Source: Thermosediminibacterales bacterium
Lineage (GTDB): Bacteria; Bacillota; Thermosediminibacteria; Koleobacterales; JARRCM01
Assembly (NCBI GenBank): GCA_029982205.1
Contig: JARRCM010000002.1
Span: 20,296 to 84,295 of the forward strand
Length of the DNA: 64,000 bases
Reading direction: 5' to 3'
The notes beneath the pieces are model-generated. The model did no database searches. It had not been told where the DNA came from and saw only the letters and a list, made by a program, of their open reading frames with translations. The translations under genes were made by a program, and so were the position numbers. This document shows, one piece after another, positions 1 through 9,645 of this stretch (its first letter is position 1; every line of letters begins with the position of its first letter).

Positions 1-567
1 TGTTTTTACAGGTTTTAAGAATTCAACAGCTTTAACAGCATCATCTATTCCCATAACAAAATTATCCCCTATAGGAAGTAGTGCCAGGTCAAGAGAATTC
101 ATCTCACCTATAAGCTTCATGTCTCCAAACAAACCGGTATCACCAGCGTGGTAAATGGTTTTAGCCCCAATTTCTATTATAAACCCACATGGATTGCCAA
201 GGTAATAAATATGATTATCTTCAACATATCCTCCACCGTGTAATGCATTTGTAAGCTTTACCCTGCCGAAATCGAAATTGTATCCTCCTCCAATGTGCAT
301 TGGATGAACTTTTTCTATCCCTCTATGTTGACAGAAAGTTGCCAGTTCAAAAGGAGCTATAATCACAGCATCATTTGATTTGGCTATTCCAATCGCATCT
401 CCGAAGTGATCACCGTGTCCGTGTGTTACAAGTATGTAGTCGGTTTTAATGTCTTCTGCCTTGACATCAGCCTGTGGATTCCCTGTCAGCCAAGGGTCGA
501 TTATTAAATTGTTTTTCCCATCACTGATTTCAAAACACGCATGACCATGAAATTTTACTTTTAACAT
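1..567 (-). CDS. Metal-dependent hydrolase, metallo-beta-lactamase fold (UPF0173-like); C-terminus runs off the window
   Basis: My own minus-strand translation gives MLKVKFHGHACFEI... and DYILVTHGHGDHFGDA (HxHxDH motif). ATG at 567, GGAGG RBS at 576-580. The frame stays open to position 1. Confidence 0.8.
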   Translation of the reverse strand, partial: MLKVKFHGHACFEISDGKNNLIIDPWLTGNPQADVKAEDIKTDYILVTHGHGDHFGDAIGIAKSNDAVIIAPFELATFCQHRGIEKVHPMHIGGGYNFDFGRVKLTNALHGGGYVEDNHIYYLGNPCGFIIEIGAKTIYHAGDTGLFGDMKLIGEMNSLDLALLPIGDNFVMGIDDAVKAVEFLKPVKT

Positions 568-730
568 GAAACATACCTCCTTGATTTTTCTTTTACTTTA
601 TTATTTATTTATATTATATCCCTAAAATTCCTTTTTTTCTCAAATGTTTTTTTATAAAATAACTGTATTTTTTGTCTTGCAAATGACTATCTTTAACTAT
701 AGAATTTAAATAACAAAAATTTTAAACAGG

Positions 731-1480
731 ATGGATTTTAATATTATGAATGTTTTGAATACGAGCCTTATCGGCCTTTTGGCAGGAGTCATAGGAACCG
801 GCCTGGGCGCCTTTACAACATTTTTTTTGCGAAAACCGAATAACAAGCTTCTTAGTATAGTTATGGGATTTTCAGGAGGGATTATGATAAGTATAGTTTG
901 TTTTGACCTTATCCCCGAAGCCCTGGAGACAGGTGGAGTTGTATATGGCATTATCGGTTTGATTTTTGGTTCTATCGTAATTGCTCTTTTAGATTTCATA
1001 ACCCCTCATGCCCACTTGCTTTCAGGTAATGACAATTTCAGGTATGTACGTACAGGAGCCCTTTTGGCAATTGGTATTGCTCTACATAATCTGCCGGAAG
1101 GTTTGGCCATAGGGGCCGGTTATGCCCATTCGGCAGAACTTGGGTTGGGGTTAGCAATTGTTATAAGCTTACAAAACGCACCTGAAGGCATGGCCATGGC
1201 GGTTCCTATGTATATAGGAAGGATTAAACCATGGAAAATAATTTTGGCAAGCACACTTGCGGGATTACCCATGGGCATCGGAGCCTTTTTAGGAGCTAAA
1301 ATAGGAATCATTTCTGAACATTTTCTTTCAGTTGCTTTGGGGTTTGCCGGTGGGGCAATGCTTTACATTACTTTTGATGAGTTAATACCCGAATCCCAAA
1401 AAATAGGCAAAGGCCATACTGCTACATTCAGTGGGGTGGCCGGCGTTATAATTGGTATCTTGATATCTGTTTTAATTTAA
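731..1480 (+). CDS. ZIP-family divalent metal (zinc) transporter, ZupT-like
   Basis: 249-aa polytopic membrane ORF with two HNxPEG-type motifs (ALHNLPEGLAIG, SLQNAPEGMAM). Confidence 0.85.
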   Translation: MDFNIMNVLNTSLIGLLAGVIGTGLGAFTTFFLRKPNNKLLSIVMGFSGGIMISIVCFDLIPEALETGGVVYGIIGLIFGSIVIALLDFITPHAHLLSGNDNFRYVRTGALLAIGIALHNLPEGLAIGAGYAHSAELGLGLAIVISLQNAPEGMAMAVPMYIGRIKPWKIILASTLAGLPMGIGAFLGAKIGIISEHFLSVALGFAGGAMLYITFDELIPESQKIGKGHTATFSGVAGVIIGILISVLI

Positions 1481-1572
1481 GACCCACTATTTACTTTCCA
1501 ATAATTTTAGAATTTTTTTCTTAGTTTGATGATATAATTAAGAGAGAATTTCAAGTTTTAGGGAGGTATTCT

Positions 1573-3225
1573 ATGGAGCTTAATATTAGTATAGATGGAA
1601 CTGTTAAAAAGTATATGAAAGGGAAATCACTTCTGGAGATAAGCAAGGATTTTCAAGAGAAACATCCTTACCTAATTGTGGCGGCACTGGTTGATAACGA
1701 ACTTCGTGAATTAACTTACTGTCCTGAAAACGATTGTAGCGTGACTTTTATTGATCTTTCTGATGAATACGGAAACAAAATATATGTCAGAAGTCTGTCA
1801 TTTGTTTTTATTCGTGCTGCAAAGGAACTTTTCCCCAACTGTCGAGTTACGGTCGAACACTCTCTCGGCAAGGGGCTTTACTGTGAAATCCATGGAAAAA
1901 AACATTTAAACGAAAAAGATGTTTCGGCTATTGAATCCCGTATGAGAGAAATTGTAGAAAATGATGAACCGTTTGTAAAAGAAACTGTTTCTCTTAAAAA
2001 GGCTATTGATCTGTTCAAAAAACAAGGCCAAATGGATAAGGTAAGGCTTTTAAAATACCGCAAAGATCCTTTTATTAACATATATTCCTGCGGCTGGCTG
2101 AAAGATTATTTTTACGGCTATATGGTTCCCAGCACAGGCTTCCTGAAAAAGTTCAAACTGAAGTTTTACCTTCCAGGTTTGATTATTTTATACCCTCATA
2201 AGGAAAACCCCGATATTGTTCCAGAGTTTAAAGACCAGCCCAAACTTGCAAGGATATTCCGGGAGTCGGAACATTGGGCGGAAATTCTTAAGGTGGGTGA
2301 TGTCGGAAGCCTTAATGACTATATAGCATCAGGCCGTTCGGGGGAGCTTATTCAAATCGCGGAAGCATTACATGAAAAAAAGTTAGCCCAAATAGCAGAC
2401 ATGATTACACAAAACATTGAACGTTTACACCTTATTTTAATAGCAGGGCCATCTTCATCCGGAAAAACTACTTTTGCGCAAAGGCTTGCTATTCAACTTA
2501 AAGTTAACGGTTTGCAACCTGTTTCAATTTCCCTTGATGACTATTTTCTAAACCGCGAACAAACACCTCTGGATGAAGATGGCAAACCGGATTTTGAAGC
2601 TATTGAAGCAATTGACTTGGATTTATTCAATGAACACTTAATCAAACTGATCCATGGGGAAATGGTTGAAATTCCGAGGTTTAATTTTAAAACCGGAAAA
2701 AGAGAACCAAAGGGAATCCCTTTAAAAATCAAGAAAAACCAGCCCATAATTATTGAAGGAATACACGGTTTAAACGAAAGGCTTACACCTTCTATTCCTA
2801 AAGACAATAAGTTCAAAATATATGTAAGTGCATTGACTCAATTAAATATCGATGACCATAACCGCATTCCCACAACAGATACACGAATAATACGCAGAAT
2901 AGTAAGGGACAGCCAGTTCCGTTCCCTTGATGCTTTAGGTACAATAAAACTTTGGCCTTCCGTGCGTCGAGGGGAAGAAAAAAACATCTTCCCTTTTCAG
3001 GAAGATGCCGATGTCATGTTCAACTCCGCCCTTGTGTACGAACTGGCAGTTTTGAAAAAATATGCCGAACCTCTGTTGAAAGAAATTGATTCATCAAGCC
3101 CTGAATACCCTAAAGCAAAAATCCTGTTAAAGTTTTTGCAGTATTTCCTACCTATTGGCGATGAAAAAGACATTCCGCCAAATTCTATATTAAGGGAATT
3201 TATAGGCGGCAGCTGTTTTAGATAA
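1573..3225 (+). CDS. Uridine/nucleoside kinase-like P-loop protein with an N-terminal ThrRS/TGS-like extension
   Basis: 550 aa. Walker A GPSSSGKTT followed by IIIEGIHGLN and RRIVRD, which resemble uridine kinase. RBS GGGAGG lies upstream. Confidence 0.7.
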   Translation: MELNISIDGTVKKYMKGKSLLEISKDFQEKHPYLIVAALVDNELRELTYCPENDCSVTFIDLSDEYGNKIYVRSLSFVFIRAAKELFPNCRVTVEHSLGKGLYCEIHGKKHLNEKDVSAIESRMREIVENDEPFVKETVSLKKAIDLFKKQGQMDKVRLLKYRKDPFINIYSCGWLKDYFYGYMVPSTGFLKKFKLKFYLPGLIILYPHKENPDIVPEFKDQPKLARIFRESEHWAEILKVGDVGSLNDYIASGRSGELIQIAEALHEKKLAQIADMITQNIERLHLILIAGPSSSGKTTFAQRLAIQLKVNGLQPVSISLDDYFLNREQTPLDEDGKPDFEAIEAIDLDLFNEHLIKLIHGEMVEIPRFNFKTGKREPKGIPLKIKKNQPIIIEGIHGLNERLTPSIPKDNKFKIYVSALTQLNIDDHNRIPTTDTRIIRRIVRDSQFRSLDALGTIKLWPSVRRGEEKNIFPFQEDADVMFNSALVYELAVLKKYAEPLLKEIDSSSPEYPKAKILLKFLQYFLPIGDEKDIPPNSILREFIGGSCFR

Positions 3226-3232
3226 GTGTGAG

Positions 3233-5941
3233 CTACTTGGCTGCATCCTGCAGCTGTCTCAAAACTTCTTCAAGCTGTTTTAGAGCATCTCCGTAACCTG
3301 CCCAGTCTCCGACCCTCTGGCGGTCCTGTGCCGTATTAAACAACTCGTTAGCCTTGTTTATCAGCTCTTTAATGGTTCGAGGTTCTTCGGGAGGCAGTTC
3401 TTTTGGGGGTGGAGTCACCTCTATCGGCGGTGCTTCTGCTCCAAAAATGCGGCTCAGGGCCTCACCCAAAGAACGCTCCATAACTACATTGTCTCCATAA
3501 GCCACTATTACCCTTATTAGTTCCGGCAGCTGGCTCTGCTCTGCCTGTAAGAAAATTGGTTCGACATACATAATGGAGTTCTTTATGGGCAGCACAAGCA
3601 GGTTTCCTCTTATTACACTTGACCCCCTCTGGTTCCATAAAGTTAGTTGCTGAGATATTTGTGAGTTCTGGTCAATTTTTGCCTCTATCTGTGAAGGGCC
3701 GTAAACCAGTTTTTCTTTAGGAAACAGGTAAACTACAAGTTTTCCATAATTATCGCCATCACTTCTGCCTGCCATCCACGAAATCATCACATTCTTAGTA
3801 ATAGGGCTGTACGGCTGCATCAAAACATACTCGGGTTCCTGTTCTCCAGGCAGCTGTATAATGGTATAATAAGGTTCTACAGGCTGAGTTTCACCTGCAA
3901 ACACCTCATTTGGAATCTGCCATTGGTCCTCCTTGTTGTAAAACACCTTAGGGTCATTCATGTGATATATTGTGTATATACCAGCCTGAATGGTGAAAAG
4001 GTCTTCTGGATAGCGGATATGAGGCCTTATTCCTTCAGGCATTTCATCTATGGAACGGAATAAAGTCGGGAACACTCCGCTTAACGATTTTGCTATGGGT
4101 TCTTCAGGTTCGATAAGGTAAAATTTTACATCACCGTTATATGCATCAACAACTACTTTTATTGGATTACGGATATAGTTTATCCCCTGATAAGGTTCTG
4201 AATATGGAAACATATCAGTAACGGTGTAAGCATCCTGAATCCAGAAAAGCCTGCCTTCATTAATAACCAAATACGGGTCCCTGTCATATTTCAAAAACGG
4301 TGCTATCTTGCTTATTCTTCTTTTAATGTTTCGGTCATACATTATCCGGCTTTCAGATGTCAAACTCCCGGAAAGGAGCATCTTGTAATCACCGAATTTT
4401 AAGGCATAGAGCAGCCTGCGCCCGATTGAACCCAGCGGCACACCACCCTTGCCTTCATATGTTGTATAGGCATTTGTACCACCTTTTGGATAGTCAAACT
4501 CCTTTGTAGTGGTTTTAACAATTACATATTCATCAGTCAGCTCGCCGTAATAGATCTCCGGCCTTTTAACTTCTATGTCTATTTCACTTCTCGGCGGGAT
4601 ATTTTTAATAAAAAGCCTGGGCAGGCCTTCAGTAGTTATTTCATTTACAGGGCTCATTGCGATCCCATATCCATGAGTATACTGCAGCCTTTTATTTACC
4701 CATGTCTGTGCTCTTTCTGAAAGCTTAGTCTGGTCCAGTTCCCTTGCTGCAAGCATAACCTGCCGGTATACTCCATTTATAATATACCTGTCTGTATCTA
4801 TTTGCTTAAACTTATAATAAGGCCTGATTTCTTGAAGCTGGCTGTAGGTCTGTTTTAGAGGGCGGTAATCCCATAATCTTACATTATTAAGGGTTCCGCT
4901 GGCCTCTTTAATATCTTCAAATGTCAGGCCATCTTCTGCCGGGAATATTTTGCTTTCAATCTTGTCCAAACCGTAACCTTTCTGGGTAAACTTTATATTA
5001 TACTCTATATAGGGCTTTTCCTTATTAAACTCATTAGGCTCCACCTGAAACTTCTGAATCAAACCAGGGTAAACATTTCCGAGCAATACGGATGCAATCA
5101 AAAACACTGCCAGTGTATAAACTATAAGCTTAGCACGTTTTATAAACATGTTTAATATCAACAAACCTGCAAGCAATAAGGCAATAAACATTAAAATTCT
5201 TAAACCCGGCAGTTGGGCATGTATATCAGTATAGCTTGCACCAAAAGCAACACCTCTGGGGGAATACAAGAGCCTATAGGCATCCAATCTGTATCCCCAT
5301 GCCTTTGTAAGCAGTACAAGAGCCAAAAGTATTGATACGTGTTTCTGACCTTTCGGCAGCAGGATAAAACCTTTTTCTGACCTGCGGGGTGGATTTGACA
5401 AGAAATAAATTGCGGTAACAGCTATAAACGTTAAGGCAAACATCGAAATCAAATACTGGTAAAATATCTGGTAAAACGGCAGATTGAATACATAAAACCC
5501 GACATCCTTATTGAAAATAGGGTCTTCATATCCGAAAGAAGCTTTATTGAAAAACTGCTGTATCGTAAGCCAATAGCTTCCTGTGTAAGATGAAAACATA
5601 AATGCCAGAACTGCACTTGCAATAATAAATATTATGTTTAACCTCCTGGTTAAATCAGGTCGCTGATATGGTAAATTTATGATTTTATCATCGCTGCTCT
5701 CACGGTTCAAAAAATCTCGTACTGCCCCTTTTATCATTAAAAGGTTTGCAAGTATAAACAAAAAATATATTGCCCAGGAAATAATTCTTATTCCCCATTG
5801 TGAAGCGATCATAGTTATGAAAACCCGGGAATACCCGAGAGCGCCAAACCATAACCACTCCAAATATAGATTGCCGAACATAAAAATGATCGCAATAACC
5901 GCAACAACAATACCTATCACAAAATATGTAAACCTTTTCAT
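3233..5941 (-). CDS. UPF0182-family large membrane protein
   Basis: 902 aa. N-terminal multi-TM region with LEWLWFGALGYSRVF, a large soluble C-terminal part and a Pro/Glu-rich tail, typical of UPF0182. Confidence 0.7.
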   Translation of the reverse strand: MKRFTYFVIGIVVAVIAIIFMFGNLYLEWLWFGALGYSRVFITMIASQWGIRIISWAIYFLFILANLLMIKGAVRDFLNRESSDDKIINLPYQRPDLTRRLNIIFIIASAVLAFMFSSYTGSYWLTIQQFFNKASFGYEDPIFNKDVGFYVFNLPFYQIFYQYLISMFALTFIAVTAIYFLSNPPRRSEKGFILLPKGQKHVSILLALVLLTKAWGYRLDAYRLLYSPRGVAFGASYTDIHAQLPGLRILMFIALLLAGLLILNMFIKRAKLIVYTLAVFLIASVLLGNVYPGLIQKFQVEPNEFNKEKPYIEYNIKFTQKGYGLDKIESKIFPAEDGLTFEDIKEASGTLNNVRLWDYRPLKQTYSQLQEIRPYYKFKQIDTDRYIINGVYRQVMLAARELDQTKLSERAQTWVNKRLQYTHGYGIAMSPVNEITTEGLPRLFIKNIPPRSEIDIEVKRPEIYYGELTDEYVIVKTTTKEFDYPKGGTNAYTTYEGKGGVPLGSIGRRLLYALKFGDYKMLLSGSLTSESRIMYDRNIKRRISKIAPFLKYDRDPYLVINEGRLFWIQDAYTVTDMFPYSEPYQGINYIRNPIKVVVDAYNGDVKFYLIEPEEPIAKSLSGVFPTLFRSIDEMPEGIRPHIRYPEDLFTIQAGIYTIYHMNDPKVFYNKEDQWQIPNEVFAGETQPVEPYYTIIQLPGEQEPEYVLMQPYSPITKNVMISWMAGRSDGDNYGKLVVYLFPKEKLVYGPSQIEAKIDQNSQISQQLTLWNQRGSSVIRGNLLVLPIKNSIMYVEPIFLQAEQSQLPELIRVIVAYGDNVVMERSLGEALSRIFGAEAPPIEVTPPPKELPPEEPRTIKELINKANELFNTAQDRQRVGDWAGYGDALKQLEEVLRQLQDAAK

Positions 5942-6008
5942 GAATGGCCTCCTCTCTTATATTCCTTACTATTATTCCCGTTTTAAGTTTACAAAATCCA
6001 AATAGTAA

Positions 6009-7094
6009 TTATTCACCCCATAGTTTTGAAATAGGTGGTATGAGACCAGATTTGTATAAAGTTTTAAACAGGATCACAACAACCGGGCCTAATACAATAC
6101 CTCCAAATCCCATCAGCTTTAACCCTATATACATTGACATAAGTGTTACAACCGGGTGTAGACCTATACTTGTACCAACAATATGCGGTTCCATCATCTG
6201 GCGGCCTACTAATATGATCACATAAAGGATAAGCAAAAGGACACCGTTTCTAATGTTATGGATTATAAAAAAATTAATCAATGCCCATGGAACAAGAACA
6301 GAACCTGTCCCCAGGACCGGAAGAATATCTACAATACTGATGAACAACCCGATTAAAAACGCATATTTATAACCTATTATAGCAAGACCTATTGACACCA
6401 TTAAAAATATTATAGACATTATAATTGCTTCAGCTCTCAAAAAGCCAAAAAAGGTTTTAAACAGGTCAGTCTCTATATTCATTGTTTTTTTCAAAACAGG
6501 TTCCGGCAACTGCTTTGTAAAATAATCAAATATCTTGTCTTTATCACGGCTCAAAAAGTATGCTGCAACAAAGGAAATCACTACAGCAATAAAAAATCCA
6601 GGAAGCAATGAAACTAGACCCACTGTAAAGCTTGAAGCTGTCTTAAGAAATGAAGCAATATAGCTTAACAGGTTACTGATGTTATTCTCTATTATCTCAA
6701 TAATTTTAGGCGGAAGCGAAAAATAATAAATCTGTAATCTTCCCAATATCTGCCTTGCATAATGGTTTAAAATATTTATGTATTTAGGGGCGTCATTAGC
6801 CAGCTTGGTTATTTCTATAACAATATTATTAATAACAAAAACAGCCAAAAAACTAATAATAAGCAAAAGTGCCAGCAATATTATTAAAGAACCTAGACCT
6901 CGAGGCAGGCCTTTTTTTTGTAAAAAATTCACAACAGGGTCTATAGACCAGGCTATTAGCCCGGCAAATATAAAGGGGAAAATAATTATTAAAAATTTCA
7001 CAAAAAAGAAATATGCAATAACTAGTATAAGTATGATTGTAGCCAGTAAGAAAAAAAGTTTCATTGTTTTGTCATTTGTGTTTAGATTTTCCAT
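6009..7094 (-). CDS. AI-2E family transporter (sporulation membrane protein YtvI-like)
   Basis: 361-aa polytopic membrane ORF with PerM/AI-2E-like architecture. Confidence 0.7.
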   Translation of the reverse strand: MENLNTNDKTMKLFFLLATIILILVIAYFFFVKFLIIIFPFIFAGLIAWSIDPVVNFLQKKGLPRGLGSLIILLALLLIISFLAVFVINNIVIEITKLANDAPKYINILNHYARQILGRLQIYYFSLPPKIIEIIENNISNLLSYIASFLKTASSFTVGLVSLLPGFFIAVVISFVAAYFLSRDKDKIFDYFTKQLPEPVLKKTMNIETDLFKTFFGFLRAEAIIMSIIFLMVSIGLAIIGYKYAFLIGLFISIVDILPVLGTGSVLVPWALINFFIIHNIRNGVLLLILYVIILVGRQMMEPHIVGTSIGLHPVVTLMSMYIGLKLMGFGGIVLGPVVVILFKTLYKSGLIPPISKLWGE

Positions 7095-7132
7095 GTTGTT
7101 TTTCTTCCCACCCTTTGAGGATATTCACCTTT

Positions 7133-7161
7133 ATTATATCTGTTAAACGTTATTAACTCAA
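7133..7161 (-). promoter_or_regulatory. SigA-type promoter for the ytvI-like gene
   Basis: Minus strand reads TTGAGT (7161-7156), a 17-nt spacer, then TATAAT (7138-7133), about 40 nt upstream of the ATG at 7094. Confidence 0.5.
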
Positions 7162-7275
7162 CCAGTTTCAGGAAAGTTTTTTTCTATCTATAGAACTTTA
7201 AAACGTTCAAAATATCCTTTATTCAGAATTAGTCAACAAAAAAGATTTTCCTGCAATAATTAAGGAAAATCTTAC
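7160..7275 (-). repeat. Copy A of a ~105-115 nt intergenic repeat (copy B at 22578-22683)
   Basis: The core 7231-7258 (agtcaacaaaaaagattttcctgcaata) matches 22641-22668 at 26 of 28 positions. The flanks are also similar (gttcaaaa..., aaccagttt...). Confidence 0.7.
7232..7273 (-). terminator. Rho-independent terminator just downstream of the symporter gene fragment
   Basis: Perfect 10-bp arms, AAGATTTTCC (7273-7264 on the minus strand) and GGAAAATCTT (7251-7242), with a 12-nt loop. A TTTTTTG run follows on the minus strand. Confidence 0.55.
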
Positions 7276-7491
7276 TTACACCAAAAACATTGCTATCTTT
7301 CGTATTTGATTTCTCCTTGCAGTTGCATTTGCCTTCTCCCAACATAATCTAAGCATCCTGCCTTCAGATGCATTTGGATTAATGAAACTTTGATAGATAT
7401 TTTTAAGCGTAGTTGCAGCAGTAACAATCAAAAGGCTATCGGCAGTTGACATAACTGCTGCAATATATGAAAAAAAAACAATTATACTCAT
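7276..7491 (-). pseudogene. C-terminal fragment of a sodium:solute symporter (SSS) gene
   Basis: The 71-aa ORF contains AAVMSTADSLLIVTAATTLKNIY, which looks like the conserved SSS TM segment. There is no N-terminal part and no RBS context. Confidence 0.5.
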
Positions 7492-7558
7492 AATACTAAT
7501 TTGGTAGTAAATTGGTCAATAAAGCATTGAAAATTGTACCAAAAAATACAGGTTATCT

Positions 7559-8656
7559 TTAATACCTTAATTTGTATCTGTTAAAAAAGCATATTATACC
7601 TTCTGGTGTTTGACATCGGTTACATGATATGCATTTTGCTTTTGTTCTGACTCCTTCATACCAACGTTTTATTAAATCAGGTTCTGCTATTAATGGTCGA
7701 GACAATGCAAAATAATCAATTTCAGTTTCTGCTAAAATACGTTCCATTGTTTCAATAGATCTAAGCCCTCCCACTAAAATAACTGGTGCTTTTATTTCTT
7801 TAGCTATTTGTGCTGCATAACTTTTAAAATAAGCTTCTTTATCTGAGGAATTTATATTTAGCCGCCTAAATCCTAATTTTTTTGCAGCCCAAGTTCCACC
7901 ACTAACTTCTATAGCATCAATTCCTTTTTTATCCAACTCTTTGCACACATACATGCTTTCCTTAAAAGTCAGACCTTTTTCAACAAAATCTTGACAATTT
8001 ATTTTTATTAACACAGCATAATCATTGCCTACCCTTTTACGAATTTCATCATACACTTCAAATATAATCCTTGCCCTATTTTCAATTCTACCGCCATACT
8101 CATCGTTTCTTTGGTTGTGGTATGGATTTAAAAATTGACTCAACAAATAGCCATGTGCAGCATGAATTTGGACCCCGTCAAAGCCAGATGCTTTAGCCCT
8201 TGCTGCTGCATCCCCAAAGGCTTTTATCAACATTTCAATATCTTTTTTAGACATTTCTTTTGCAACAACTCCAGTTTCCATCTCTGGAACAGCAGACGGT
8301 CCCCATATAACTCTATTATCTGTATTGTATCTGGTTTGCGTTCCTCCATAAGCAATCTGTAAAACTATTTTGCTATCATAGCTATGTACCATGTCCGTTA
8401 GCTTTTTATACTCTTCTATGAAAGAATCATCATAAATGCCCATCATACCTGGATTAGGTTGTTCGTTTTCCATTACAAAGGCATAACCTGTAAGTATTAA
8501 CCCTACTTGTCCCTTAGCCAAATTCTCGTAGACATTAAACAATTTTTCGGTTAAATGACCTTTTTCATCAGCCATGTTTTCCCATGTCGAACTGCGCACA
8601 AACCTGTTTTTTAATTCCATTTGATTAATTTTTATTTTGTCAAATAATGTTCTCAT
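7559..8656 (-). CDS. NADH:flavin oxidoreductase, Old Yellow Enzyme family
   Basis: 365 aa with HAAHGYLLSQFLNPYHNQRNDEYGG (OYE signature). The C-terminal CISCNRC cysteines are unusual for OYE. Confidence 0.85.
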   Translation of the reverse strand: MRTLFDKIKINQMELKNRFVRSSTWENMADEKGHLTEKLFNVYENLAKGQVGLILTGYAFVMENEQPNPGMMGIYDDSFIEEYKKLTDMVHSYDSKIVLQIAYGGTQTRYNTDNRVIWGPSAVPEMETGVVAKEMSKKDIEMLIKAFGDAAARAKASGFDGVQIHAAHGYLLSQFLNPYHNQRNDEYGGRIENRARIIFEVYDEIRKRVGNDYAVLIKINCQDFVEKGLTFKESMYVCKELDKKGIDAIEVSGGTWAAKKLGFRRLNINSSDKEAYFKSYAAQIAKEIKAPVILVGGLRSIETMERILAETEIDYFALSRPLIAEPDLIKRWYEGVRTKAKCISCNRCQTPEGIICFFNRYKLRY

Positions 8657-8948
8657 TGTTAAACCACCTCGCCTTACCTCAACTCAATTTAAGCAAAATC
8701 AATAATTTTTTTGATTCTTTTTTCTGACTTTGGTACTCGACCTTTGATAAACTCTGACAAATCAACGAACCAAAAATTTCGTCACTACATTTTTCTCTGT
8801 TTTTAGAGGGACAACTCTTTGGTAAGTATAACATTTTTAGGCGGCTTTATCCACAACATTTTCAAAATTTTATTACTTGAGTGTTAAATCTTTGTTTTTA
8901 CAAAAAATTTCTTTTTCACATAGCAGTTTCTTTAGGAGTTAAAATTAA

Positions 8949-9443
8949 TCAAAACATAATGTCAATACTTCTTGTAGTTTCATCAAATCCAGCAAAAGTT
9001 GTTCCTTCTTCTAATACAGCTATAGCCACAACAACTTTAATTCCGGTGATGGTTCCGGGTACTAGGTGACCGCCTAAAGTTACAACCATATCCCCCTCGA
9101 CTGTGGAGGCCGAAAAATGGGCATGAATTTCTGGTTCCCCATCTTCCTTAGTAGCTATCCAACCACCTAATGAAACAATCTCCATAGGCTTTTCTAGTTC
9201 CAAATAAAGGCGATCATCAGGTGTTACAGGATAACTTTCAGGAAACCATTTCAAGTTTCTGAATACAGCCTTTTTTAATGCGCCTAACCCTGAAACGATA
9301 ACACCTGTATTAATCCTTTCCATTTTAACTGCTTCATAAATAGCTTCTAACAAGTCTACACCAGCTTTTATCCTAAACTGGACTAATCTTTCAATTTTTT
9401 TTGAAGTAATACCAATCAAAAGTGATTTTTTATCCATTGTCAA
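8949..9443 (-). CDS. PPC (DUF296) domain protein
   Basis: 164 aa with VSGLGALKKAVF ... HAHFSAS ... TLGGHLVPG, matching the PPC/DUF296 pattern. Confidence 0.6.
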   Translation of the reverse strand: MTMDKKSLLIGITSKKIERLVQFRIKAGVDLLEAIYEAVKMERINTGVIVSGLGALKKAVFRNLKWFPESYPVTPDDRLYLELEKPMEIVSLGGWIATKEDGEPEIHAHFSASTVEGDMVVTLGGHLVPGTITGIKVVVAIAVLEEGTTFAGFDETTRSIDIMF

Positions 9444-9645
9444 TCATCCCCTCTAATATTTTTTTAGTAGAAAAGCCATAGTTTCGTTCACAGAAAATGA
9501 AAAAATTAGAAAATTATTGAAAAGAACTGATATTTGAATACTTATTGCTTAATGTTCCTCCAACAAAAAAGAAGTTAATATCTATGTGGAGCGTTCTTAT
9601 GGAATAGGTAATGAAGAATTTTATTCTGTAAATTTAAGTTTTGAT

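Noticed and set aside
568-730. A Zur box upstream of the ZIP transporter gene.
   Set aside because: I saw no AAATCGTAAT-N-ATTACGATTT-like palindrome. Only a plausible TTGCAA / TATAGA promoter is present.
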